DNA of 64,000 nucleotides from Yuukianura sp. NJ FZ-2021. Lineage: Eukaryota. The position numbers and the translations under genes were made by a program. The stretch spans positions 11,470,001-11,534,000 of the forward strand of contig CM102290.1 of the NCBI GenBank assembly GCA_046563655.1. Direction: 5' to 3'. Positions 51,588 through 64,000 of this stretch are shown here, piece by piece. How positions within the stretch are numbered: the stretch's first letter is position 1; every line of letters starts with the position of its first letter. A model generated the notes under the pieces. It had not been told where the DNA came from and did no database searches. It worked only from the letters and a program-made list of their open reading frames with translations.

Positions 51588-53883
51588 TCAGAGGTAGATC
51601 CGTCTCAAGTCACCTGGAGAAGTGATGGCGTTGCATTGCGGACAAAGTTTCTTCGTTCCCTGGAATCACAAACAGTGGTAAATTACAACTACAGCTTCAT
51701 TAATGGTGTAAAAAGTTAGGTTAACTCACTAATGTTTTTAGCCAACAGTTTTCGCAGTGAACGTGCCAGCAAACGGTGGAAACGACAGAGTTCTTGTACT
51801 TGTCCTGACAGAATGCAGTGAGAATCACATTAGAATGGAATGGCTTAAGAGTTGATGTTGTATGAAAGAAGACACGACACTTACCATACAAATTAAGCAG
51901 TGGTTACCGTCGTGCTGGAGACCACTACTACCCTTGGACTTGGTTTCGAGTTCACGCACGCGCCCTTTGAGTGCCTGGATAACAATTGTTGAATTTAGCG
52001 TATCACCACCACCTCCACCTTCGTCTCGTCCGCCTCCTCCGACTTCTTCATCCTCCCACGGACGTCTAGTTTAAAAAAAAACGTTTAACATTTTATAAAC
52101 AAGAACTTTTGCAAAACAACTTTCGTAAGTTAACATCTACTTACACTTTGACATCATGTTGAGCAGTACTATTCTCATCCTGCGTCAGGGCAGCATGAAT
52201 ATCTGAGTCTGTGTACTGAGGTCCACCGTACGAAGCTCCGTCATCGTCACCATCGACTACAACTTCCAGGGATTCTGATTCTTCTTCGCGTCGTCTCGAG
52301 TTTGTGGTCATGTTTATGGCTGCAATTTAACAAATTGTCATTCAGATGCAAAATAGAGTGGTTAACACAGATTTGAAGGCTGTTGTTAGGTAATTCTTAC
52401 CACAGTAGTTGTTGGGACTAGTTCGAGAGCGACGGTGACCAATCCAGGCGTAATCGTCCATTTCATGTGCATCCCCATTGTCACCATCTCCTTCAATGTC
52501 TACCGGCTCATCTTCGTCCAACATATCACCATTCTAAACATATCAAAGCGTCATTATAATCCTGAAATTGGTTTCTTCGAATCTTCAAATGGAACTGGAG
52601 GTGTAGTGACTAGTGAGCTTACTTTCCGGAGACAGGCTTCGACATGTGCTGAGAACTGTTCATTTGATCCTTGTAGTGGGACTTGACATACAGGGCAAGT
52701 GACATGTGGACCACCGCTGTCCTCTCTACGTCTCTTAGTTTTCCCACGAAGACGGGAATGTCGATTTGCTCGTACACGGTGATAGGTCTAACAAATACAT
52801 TACGATTAAACATTTAAAACATTCATTAAACCTATTGTATTTGAATGACAAATTAGCACGTAACAGAAGGCGGACAAGACTTACATCCCATCTTGAATCT
52901 TGCGATGTGTCAGAATTTGTGTCCTTATTTTTGCTATTTGAGCCACTGGGCGAATCGAGAGCCGACGTTGACGACGTAGGTTCTTCGCCACCACGACCCT
53001 GTTGCCTCCGCAATCGACTCATGCACATCAACTGCTCTACTTCAGCCAGAAGGTGAGACTCGAGGTCAATGGATCGAAGGGCCATTTTGCATACTGGGCA
53101 GGTCAAGGTCTCCTGTCCGCCTTTACGTCTTCCTACAAAACAATCCAAAAAGATCATGTCAAAACAATTATTCAAGAAAACCAGGACTAAATTCTAAGAA
53201 CTCTTGGCAACTGTTAGTCTTTCAGACGAAGTTGGGATAAGCACGACCAACGTGTGTAACCAACTGTTTCTGTATCTTTTGACGATGTACAAATTCAACA
53301 TAAATACTAGTCTCAACAGTTGCGGTTCTTTTAGTACTATAAACATCTAAAATAGAAACTTTTAGACAATTGAAAGAACGGGATCAACAAAGTGTCTGAC
53401 TTTGACTCCGCTTACTCTGATTTATGATCATCCAACCGATTCACAATAGAAATCAAAACAAACAATCCACTTCCTCTTGAATCTCCTTCCAGGATGTCCA
53501 ACATGAAAGTAATACCAATCATTGGTTTAACATTTTCAAAGTAATGTTCCATTTTCAATTCAAATCTATCGTTAGATTAATAACCTTAAAGCTTAAAGTA
53601 ATATTTTGCATGGCATCACTTTCACCACTTTCTCTCTACTGTTTTTATCAACTCTCGGCCTCTGTCAATATGATCAGCTGACTGTTACAACAGAGATTTC
53701 TGGGGTTAATCGAATGAAGTCAAATGTTAATTAACGTTATTCGATTAAAACAGTTTCTGTATCACTAAACTACGATCCTCGTATAGCTAATGATACTGAT
53801 TGATCTGAACCATAAATTTAGATGGCATTGCCACACAACTGTAAAAATGTTACCTTCACCGATTCCCATGCTTGATGACTGGA
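51588..53883 (-). CDS. RNF220: E3 ubiquitin ligase RNF220 homolog; 3' exons clear, 5' end unresolved (may extend further upstream)
   Basis: C-terminal RING C...CQDKYKNSVVSTVCWHVHCENCWLKTL|GTKKLCPQCNAITSPGDLRRIYL*. Internal CPVC..LESH, RVRANRHSRL, CPVC..SAHVEACLRK, YGGPQYTDSDI and ALKGRVRELE. The 30-nt exon 53883-53854 is tentative. Confidence 0.9.
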
Positions 53884-56800
53884 CTAATCGATGTGGTTAA
53901 TCACCGATGTACTTGATTATTCTTAGGTATCATAGTTATAAATAAAATCAGCGTATTGTTACTAACTAACAGTTCAAAAGGTAGATTTCACAAAAACTTT
54001 AATGATAGGAGAAAGTAAAGTTTAAATTCCGATCTGCCATGTCAAATCCTTGTTTTCCAAAACTTTAAACCTTGGATAATACTTTGACAATTGAGACACA
54101 AAGTTCTGGAAGGACTTGGAGACTATAAGTTTAGGAAGGATCTGTCTTGGACCAAGTATCTATGCAACTCCAGTATTCCGTGTCCCTTTGTACTTGAAGT
54201 ATCTCTCAATTCATAGGAAAAGCACTTTGACAGAAGAGAAAGTCCAGCACCGGTAGTTATGTCCAGGACTTAAGTTGTGGTAGTACTGGTAATACTGCCA
54301 CTAAATTCCAGAACTTTCTCCACTTTGTGTCACCACTTCACAGTGTAAGAGGAAGATCAAGTTCAGTTTAAAGGGCTAAATTGAGATCTTTGTTCCTCAA
54401 AAGTCCCTCCACAAGAACCAAAAGGAACAAAACAAAGGAGAAAGTTGGTGAAAGCTGAGACAGGCCAAGGAACAACACAAACTTAATTCAAATCCACCTC
54501 ATGCTGTGCAAAGTTAGGTTAGAGTTTACATGTTTGGGCATGACCTGAGTGTGACCTATGGAAAATCTCATGAGGCCAGAGGTCACAGCATGGACACTTG
54601 AAGTACTAATCAGAATACGCGTTAATTAACGAACGGTTTAATTAAATTGAGAGCTGAGGGATCTAACCTAACAAGATCAAAGAGAAAGTTCTCCACTTCG
54701 AGGTGCATTTCACTTGATCTTGTGTTTCCCCGTAATTCAAAACATTTTTTTGAAAAATTTTGGTCGATTTTTATTTTGTTGTTTTAAAAATGTTAGATTT
54801 TTGAACGTAACTCTGTCGTTTTGGCTGGAAACAAATCCAGATGGCGCTGTTTTGGAAATTCCCAAGAATTCCTTGATGCACATCCACTCATGTCACGGAT
54901 TTGCAGAAGACGAAAAAGAGCAAAAAGTGCGGCAGATTCAAATGTGGGTTTGGCAGTATCGGTGGGGCTATTGGTGGCGGTGGTGGGACTTGGGATAAGG
55001 CAATTGGAAGTGCCATTAAGCGTTCTATAGGGGTTCAGGTGTACGGCTAAGTCGCGTAAAGCTAGGTTACTGCCTAACCTGAGTAGAGGGCTGCCACTGG
55101 AATCCTTGGAGGCTCCAGGAAGAGCTAAGCGTTTGGGATTGAGTTGCGGAGATCCCTAGTAACGAGGCAATCACCAGACCCGTCAACACGCCCATCTATC
55201 AGATCCCTAGCAGATGAGACCCAGGGTCTGGAAGGGCTGGTGGATGCTGGAGAAAGTGCTGGAGAAGTTCGTTCCAGCCACCCACGAAACGACTCCAGTC
55301 CATGACAAATGGACCCCAGCCTCTGAGGCTGGAGCTTTGAGCGGACGGTCGTGGTGGGGCCTCTAACAAGCACCTTGACAAATCCCTCGGCTCAACTGGG
55401 TCACCGCGCCCTTATACTTTCTTTCCCACTTTTCAAAATCTCCCGCCATCCCACAAATACCCAAAGAAAACTAGCCGTGTAGCCGCCATGACTTATGTAG
55501 CACCCTCCAACATAATCTCCGCGTCTCGATAAAACATAAAGCTCATAACTCCACCGCTTGTCCCCCGGTCAACAGCCCCCCACCTCACTTTGACCACGTC
55601 CATCTATTTCTCATTGCCTCCTCGTTTCAAAGTCAAGACAGGACACTCGACGAGCGAAGGGGATTCAAACAGGCTTAGAGTTCGCGGGAAGCTCAATCTT
55701 CCAGAAAAGCGCGCTCTAATTCAAAATCGAATCTAACCTCCCAGCTTGACTTCCGTCACGGACGGAAACAAGACGACTTAAGTTCCAAACATCGTTACAG
55801 AAAACGCCTAGTTAAAGCAACAGACAGATCATTGTCACCTAACCTAATCATTCCAGCCTAATCTATCGTCACCTAACGTAACCGAGCTTATAATTTTTGT
55901 TTCTAAGGTGATTTAATATGGGGGGAAAAATGAGCGGGAAGTTGCACACGCGTTTAACGGAAGAACAGTTGTGGATTTTGAAGATTATTAAAATGTCAAT
56001 GGGAAAGTTGCTTTTCAGAATGCTAAAATTGAACGTCATAAATTAAATTGTTAAGGGATTTTATTTTAAATCAGGTACTACGCCATGAAGGTTCGAAAAA
56101 ATGAATGTCGAAAGTCTCAAATCCCCAATTTCAAATTTCCCCCTCTATTCAAATTATGTCAAAATCTTGGTAGTGAAAGTCTCGACTTTCCTTTTATGCT
56201 ATCATCACTTACTGTTAAACATCCAATTTCAAACAACCGTGAAAAACAAAGAGAAGGGTGAGTGGGAGAGGTTAAATTTTGAAAAAAAAAGTGATGGTGT
56301 AATACTTATCAAAGAAGTTGATCTTAAGGGGCCTATTTTTACTAATAGAATGGGAGTTGGGACTTAGGAGGATCAACGTTACTAGGGTAAATGTTCCTTG
56401 TAAGGATAAAGATTTGAACATAGGATATAAAAATTTCAGGATAAGTCCGCGGGAATGTTTTCCTAAACAAGATGCTAACTTGAATTTTCCTACCGTTTCA
56501 AAAAAAAAAAAAATTCACCCGCCCGTTCCTAAGGATTTTTGTATTCAGAAATTTCAAATACGGAGTTTAAAAAGTGAAATAAAACGTTGAAAAGATGAAG
56601 TGATTGAGGAAATTTTTGAAACGTTGTAAATACAAACACAAAGTTAATCAAAATGTTCGTTTGAGTAATTGAATTGTTTTTGTTGATTGTGGAGGGAGGA
56701 GGGAGCGGGTAATTTGAAATTTGAAATTCCACTTGTCACGGGATCACTTTCTCCATTTCCATGTTCTACACTTTCTTTGTTCCTTAAGTCCTTTGCTAAT

Positions 56801-59800
56801 GGGTCAAAGGCCCTTCTGCTTAGTAACTAAGCTTTCTCCAGGAGACAAATTGAAATGACATTCCCATTTACCCGCCACTTTTTAAACTTACATTTTCTCC
56901 TTTCAAAACTTCCCGCTCCACAGTTTTTTCCGCTCCCTCCCTGACGTAATTTTTATTACTCACATCATCCTTTTCAGCACTTTTTCTTAAATAAAATCTG
57001 CAATTTCTGTGCTGAAGTAATGCATGCACAAAATTTTAAATGTCGGCCTTGGAACAAAAGCGGGAAAATTCGAAAACTCGGAAAACAAAGCAAAATTTCG
57101 AGAATTGCTAAGCAAAACAAAATTCGAAAGACACTTTTTTCTGTGGATCCAATTTTGTAGAAATGATTTGAATTAAGAGATGTAATTTGAAATTTTTCTT
57201 CCAAAAAAAATGTCGTTTTTTTAAATTTGACGAGTGAAAGCAAAGTGAAAGCATAGAGATGAGAAAATTGTAATTAAAATTTCATTCTCTCATCTCGAAG
57301 TACAAAGTTCAAGTGGATTCGCCGTGTAGTCGGAAATATTTGAATCGGAAACTATTTAATTTTGTCCAGTAGAACACACGGTTGCTACTGAAGCAGTGAA
57401 GTGGCTTTTCTAAAAGTGGATTTTAAACTTTGGCGGGTGGCGGCAACCGCCACTTCTTAAACATCCTATATCCCCCTTTTCCACGGCGACCGTCGGAGCT
57501 TAAATTCTACCCGGCTAGTCCGCTGCTACCCGGGTATCTTCTGCACCCAAGCAGAACATCTAAAGGACCCAAAATTAAAAGTTAACATTCAAGGGGAAAG
57601 GAGAGGCTTAGCTCCATGCTCAACATTCGAGAAAGTGATTTTCAAATTAAATTACCTTCTCCCGCTTCCAAAGTCCTGGTATCAAAGCTCGTCCACTTTG
57701 GTCTAGCCTAACGTTAGCCTAACCTGAACCTTTTATGAACCTAACCTCAGCCATTTCAACCTAATTCTCCCACTTAGGTATTAGGTTTTAGGTTCTTCCA
57801 GGAAAACTGTGCTGGTAGTACAGCTCCTCCTTAAGTCCAAAAGTAAAAGTGAGAAATGGATTTAAATTAAAATGTTTTTGTAGGAATTCAAAATTAGGCG
57901 CCAGTCCCTTCCGTGCTTACCGGGTTCCCAAAAACTCTTGTCTCATTTGAGGGTCCATAAATCTTGAAAAAAGCGCCTCTTTTTCTAGTACTACACACTT
58001 ACAAGTTCAATGATAGTAGCAAAAGGAGTTAAGAAGGGGTAGTACAAGTTTACACTCTCAAAAACTTGAGCGGGAGATCATAAAATCCAAAAGAAATTCC
58101 AAAGTAAGAAGCGCCAGAGAGTCAAAAAGGAAAGTTGAACTGCTTTCACTCTTGAAAAAAAGCGCCAAAGTCAACCCCCTTCCTTTGGTTGCGGGAAGTA
58201 AAAATTCAAGTTTTCCCGTTCCCACTTTTCTATTTGAGGTGACAAGATCTATTGTCTTTTTCCAAATATTCTCACACCATTATTCTCTCCATTGAGCAAT
58301 ATAAAACGAGGACATAAAAATTTATAAGGGAGCGCCTTTTCTCAAACAACCTCCGTCCAAAAGGAAAAAATGTCCATAAACATTTTTCTCTCTCCTTGTT
58401 TTCTTTTGGAACCCAGGAAAAACGTTTTGTCACAAAATTTGAATTTTCCCGCTCCTTCTTTTTTGTGCTTATGTTCTGATTGAGACATAAAGTGGAACTT
58501 GATTTCATTAAATTTCCAGTGCTTGCAGGATTTACCAACAAAAAATGAGGCCCTTGTCCCACTTTTTTTTAACTTTAAGAAAACATTTGCGGAAATACCG
58601 TAAAAGCTCTTTTAAGCGTCTCTGGCGTGTATTGAAAAAAAATGAGGCATCGCAAATGTGTTTACTTTCTTGTGCAGGCAGGTAAACCAAATTGTGAAAA
58701 AAAAATTAAAAATTGGAAAGTTCTAAAACCTTCTCAGTCAAATTTAAATTCTGCACATCTAATGTATTTTGATTTGAGCGATTTGGAGTCTTTTTTTCTT
58801 AACAAGCTCATGTTGCATTTTCCTTTAAACAAACATGTAATGTTCAAAATTTAATATTCGCGGGAATTTGAGCCACAACGAGCATGGTTCAGTGCATGTC
58901 GGATTTCCTTTCACTTTGGAAAAGTTTTTTGACAAAAAAAGGAAGAAAATTTTGACAGCGACAACAACACCGTTTGGATGGTTACGGTCCTATTACATAG
59001 GTTTTGTCAACTTCAAAAGTTTGAACCTCATCTGTCGTCGACTGGGCATGATCCCATTTCAGTCTTCCATTTGCCCCTGGCTACTACCAGTCTCCATTTG
59101 GCTCCAAAGTTCAAACCTGATCTTCATCTCATTTCAAATTTCAAATCATCTTCAAAACCTAATGCAACACCTCTACACTTCAGTTACTCACTTTTACAAT
59201 TGAAAATGTTTTATGAAGGCTGCCAAGAGAGAGAATGTGTCGTCAAGTTGTGGTTTCACAGTTGGAATGTCAAAAAATCGCCTAAGCTAATCATCGTCAC
59301 TAAGCTAAGCATGTTTTGACAACATTCACAACGTTTGTGTTTAGTTATAGATTTTTGACTGCTTTTCAAAGGCACGTACACCAGTATATGCACATGCGCA
59401 GAGTTTTTTTCAAAAATGAGTTGAAGATCGGCTGTATTTGGAAATTTGAATGTTGGCTTTGCTGAAAAAATGAACGGGATTCAACCTATGAAATGTCAAC
59501 AAAGGATGCCCAGAAGCATTCATTTAGGCTTCTGCGCAAGGTTTAAGAAAATACATTACCATTTCCAAGGTTTGATTCCAATTTTGTGTGATGGGATTGG
59601 TGGATTCGATAAAACGAGGATCTCTCCATCCACGATGTTCAATTTTAACTTTTAAACAACTTTTTTGAAAAAATCGACTTAAAATTTTGAAATTTAAACG
59701 CTCAGAGGTCACTGTTCAGAACGGTTTAACACAACGGCCGTCCTGGCTTGCGACACTTTGAAAATTTTGTTGAAAAATACTCCGTTCGAATTTTAAACCT

Positions 59801-60269
59801 TTGTAGGCCAAACTGAATGGCGTTTTTGGCTCGATGACCTGCTTGGACTGGCGTTGCTGTCAGACTAAAAGTCAAATCAATTGGACCCTCCAAGTGATCC
59901 TGAAGTTTCGTGAGTGTCAGTACAAAGGGCTCCCTTTGGTCCCTTGTGCTGTCACTCTTTCAAACATTCTAACACTAAAGGGCTCAGCACGTTGTTTCAC
60001 AAAAGAAATGGAAACCGTGACCGTTCGTCACAAATCCGATTAGAAGTAGAGAAGCCTTTTATGTTCGTAGACTTACTGTATGTACACACCTGAATCCAGC
60101 ACAAACAGAAGCCAAAATCCCTCGCAGTCTCTATTTAGACACTAAGGGTACGGACTAAGGGCCCTTCATCCGTAACTGAGCAGCAGAGGAGGACTTAAAG
60201 GGGCTCCACGCAGTCTGGGCCCTTCAAAACCAAAATTTGGATCAACCGTGGTCAAATTTTGAAATTTCC

Positions 60270-60500
60270 AAAAACGACAAATTTTCCGTCAAATTTAAGT
60301 CGTGACCAAACTCGGTATGACATAAACTTTGTCAACGAGGCCACAGCTGTAGCAAAATTAAAATTTTGACTAATACTGATTAAATTTTTGCTGTAAAAAG
60401 TCGAAATTTACCAAAAACAAAAATTTCCCGCCAAATTTAAGTCTTGAGCAAACTACGCTTAAAGTTGACCTTGGGGTCAACGAGGTCAAAAAGCTGTTAC
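60270..60500. repeat. Diverged ~143-bp tandem duplication
   Basis: AAATTT.CCG.CAAATTTAAGTC.TGA.CAAACT ... GTCAACGAGG.CA..AGCTGT occurs twice. Confidence 0.65.
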
Positions 60501-63500
60501 CCTAAAGTGGTTCGTAAAGTGGGTTTTAGTAGAGCGGAAATTTTTGAAAGAAACGGTTAAAACCCTATCAAATTTTATGTTCCCATTACTTTTCAAACTT
60601 TGCCGGTGAAAAGTGAAGGAGGGAAAGAGGTACTTAGAACCGCCTAATAATCGTATAATAGTGTAATTTACACTCAAATTACTTGTACGACTAGGAGTAA
60701 GGAGACAAAGGCGGGAAATTTCAAATGTTGAATTTCGTCAACTCAAGGTGTTAAATTTCCCTCCGTAATACAAAGTGTCCTCAAGTACAAACTTTTAGTT
60801 GTTTGTTACAAACTGTTGTAAAACAAGTCGTAACTGCCCTACTAACCTCACTAATTAGACACCATAACTTCTGTATGTAATCAGACATTTTTAAAGGTTA
60901 AACTGAATTTATTTTGGTGCCAAAGTCGCAAATGTTCGAAAAGGTGTCAGAACTGTCTTAATCAATAAGAAATGAGAAAAAATTTAAAAATGAAACGTGC
61001 TTGCAGCATCGACAGAATGCTTAAGAATGCCAAAGTCAAAAATAAGGATTTGAAAGTCCTTAGCCTTTACAAGTTAAGTTCGAAAGTCGTGGATTGAGAG
61101 AAATCCAAGAAAAAATGGAAACGTTGAAATTTAAAAGAAACTAAAATTTTGAAAAATTGTAGTAGAAACGGAAGCTTTCGGAGTTGTAACTTGTAAGATC
61201 CTTGGGAAGAGAATAAGGTTTCATTCATTCAAATACTACGGCTTCTTTTCCATTCATTCATTTTCGTCTTTGAGTCGAACACTGAATGAAAGAAACTTTG
61301 ACTTGGAAATGACTCCACCTTTCTTTTGTTGTCGTTTTTAAAGTTCTGGTTGTCCTTCCTTGACATGTGACCTTGGCTTTTATAAACGTTTTTGTAGACT
61401 CCTTACTTAAATACCTAAAGTTCACTTCAACTGCTATTGTTAAGTTGTTGCTAACTAAAGTTAGTATGAGTTATGCAAAATTAATCAGAAATTATGGGAA
61501 ATACAAACATTAGCATATTAGGAATTATTAGAAATTAGGTATATTAGGAATTAGTGTAACATATTAGTATATTAGGAAATAGAAACATTAGAATATTACA
61601 ATTATAACACAATTTACAAGCTCAACAGGTCGAAAAAGAAAACTTTCACATGAGTATATGTTTCTGTATTGAACGCTAAACCACGTAACATTCAGAGTTT
61701 TTACCGCCAAACATCACTACAGCATCTAATGCAACTATCTGACCGTGTTTAATTTTCAATATTTAATTATATTTTCAGTATAAGTACAAACAATAGTAAC
61801 TTGATAAAAGTTGTTGAGAAATTTTTTCCTGCCGTTACTTGTGCCTAACGTTACCTGTGTAAGGACGATTGGGCAACCTAACATTTCTAGGTTTTTGGGT
61901 TAGGTTAACACAAAGGAAAAAGTGAGAGTAGAAAAGAAAGTTTTGAGGGCGAGGGTTGATACTCTTTGAAGTGAGTCAGATTTCTCCTGGCCTTATTTTT
62001 TTATGATTTTGAATTTAAAAAAGAACAAGAGAAGTTGGGCGCTTTGTTCAAATGGAATTGGATCTAATTTCTTCCCTTTGTGTTCAGGAACGGATTGGTT
62101 CTCGATACGAGTACATACAGAGTTATGGTGGAGTTGGTTCAAAAACCGTATTAGATTTGCGGCTCTTTTAAACATGCAGAGTTCCCTTGTGCTGGTTTTT
62201 TCCTCCTTGGAGGCTCAAGTCCTCCGGAATAATCGCTTTCACTTTTCAGTTTCGAATTTTTTTAAATTCCGTCGCGCCCTTTTTCCTTTCCGTACACTTT
62301 CTCCACGTCCAAAGTCCTTATTTTGAGATTGGAGCGGGAAGGAAGGAAGGGAAAAATTTCAATCATTCCGTGAAGTCGAGCTTGAAAATTGAAATGTAGA
62401 GGAAGCAGATGCTTTGATATCATTTCCCTTGTCATCAGCCACCAGATCATGTTCGCCCCCTTGTTTGATGGAAACCAAAAGCAGAGCACACACAAGACCT
62501 TCACAAAATACCCGCCTTTTCCCGCTTTCTTTACTGTTCAAGAAACTTTCCGTTTTTTCTATTTTTTTGAAAAAAGAGAAAGGGGTAACAATACCGTTTT
62601 TAGAGCCGAATAAACAGGATTTTGATCTGAGCAAAAAGTAGTCACACACAAAAAGGATGAAAAGATCACAAGCGTCTTTTACAAATCGTATCCAACGTAG
62701 ACAAGAAAAAAAATTTGACATTTAATATAAAATTTTGAAAAATTCCTAATTCAATTTGTAAGAAAAATGCTCAAAATACCTGAACTCGGCTTAACTTGAC
62801 CCAGTTTAAATCTAAACCTAGACTATTTCTAGCTTAAGCTGGTTTAAGCTAACCTTCACCTGTAGAATGCAGCCCCAAGATTTTTTATTAGAAATTTTTT
62901 TTTTCGTTTTTTTTAAAGGTGGGGAGAGGGAGTAATGGCTCCTGTTGCAAATCCCCAGAGAATGATTTCAAACAGTTAGGTTTTGAATTTGTTCAACGAT
63001 CTACAACGAGGAAATGCGGATGCGAAGATTCAAAGTTTTTTTGGGGCTGGTTGAGAATTGATTGTAGACTTGAGTGGAGCTTAATTGGTTCTGGAAAGCC
63101 TTTTCCCTGGATATCCCGACCGGGGTAAGTTGAGACTCTTATGGAGATGAGAAGCAGGATAATTTAATTTCTACGACACAGTTGATCCTCCTTGGATGAA
63201 GGAGTCAAGTGAGCCCAAAACGCTTTTCCCCACCACCGCCACGGTTTTTCTTTTAAAGTGAAGGATCTGGTTGCTACTTGTGAAGGAGGCAGGTTTAAAT
63301 GCAAGAGCTCTCAGTTTCTCAGTTTGAAAATGCAATATCCGAGGAATTTCATTTTGAAAAGATGGGATCTGGCACTAACCCCTTAAAGGACTGTTTATCC
63401 TTCCCGCGCCCTTCTGCCTCCTGTCTTCCGCCGTGTCTCGACGGGGGGAGAAAGCAGCTTTCTTCCTTATTTAACGACTTCAAACCAAAGTAGAAATGGG

Positions 63501-64000
63501 AACAACGCAACTACAACTTTCTTCATTTTCATACTTCCCGCCACAAAAATTGAAAAATAAAACTGTTCCCAACCCAGTTCTAAACGATTAAGCTTATTTT
63601 CATTTTCGAGAAAAAAAGCTGGTATAACCTTTATTTTTACAAAGAAAATACTGCCCTAACCTCCGTTTTTCAAAACAAAAAATTCTTCTAACCTGCATTT
63701 TCAAAAAAAAAATAATAATAATAACTATGTATTACGTTCGTTTTTTTTTTCAAAGGAGGGAAGAAAAAAAAAAGTATCCCAGATCACCTATAAAAATAGG
63801 CGAATCTGAAGGGAGGATCATGCAAATTAAAAAACGCCACAAAAATATGGAATTTGGAAAATTGAAATGAGGAATTTTGAAATTAGGTCAAATTCAATCC
63901 TAGTTTAAATTCTAAGCTAATTAGTTATTAATCCGAAGTTGGTTGAACTGATGTAACGCTCGTAATGTAGTTAAGTCATGTGTTAGGATTAGGTTAGTTA

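Noticed and set aside
61485..61600. ATTAG(G)AA low-complexity repeats resembling telomeric TTAGG
   Set aside because: Short and degenerate; not a telomeric array.
56101..63493. Numerous short ORFs in the last 8 kb
   Set aside because: F/K/L-rich composition typical of AT-rich non-coding DNA, with no motifs or coherent exon chain.

Overview
Eukaryotic, gene-dense animal DNA, probably from an arthropod (AT-rich, mostly 55-100 nt GT-AG introns). Manual splicing supports eight conserved genes: the 5' end of filamin (cheerio-like, -), SLMAP (-), synaptojanin (+), SWAP/SFSWAP (-), AHCYL1/IRBIT (+), POLR1A (-), GNL1 (+) and RNF220 (-, 5' end unresolved). A candidate 85-aa two-exon orphan gene is also present. 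The AHCYL1 introns are rich in mobile DNA: an intact Tc1/mariner-superfamily element with a DD41D triad but non-rosa-like motifs, several MITEs, and a ~2.1 kb foldback palindrome whose arms each carry a 30-bp array, a tRNA-like Pol III promoter relic and a Helitron-like 5' end. A 318-bp satellite built from inverted halves lies between AHCYL1 and POLR1A. Candidate splicing features include an alternative IRBIT N-terminus with two RRAS motifs, stop-containing cassette exons in SWAP, a 15-nt synaptojanin microexon and a GC-AG intron in GNL1. Family assignments come from remembered motifs, not database searches. Multi-exon CDS coordinates give the outer span only.
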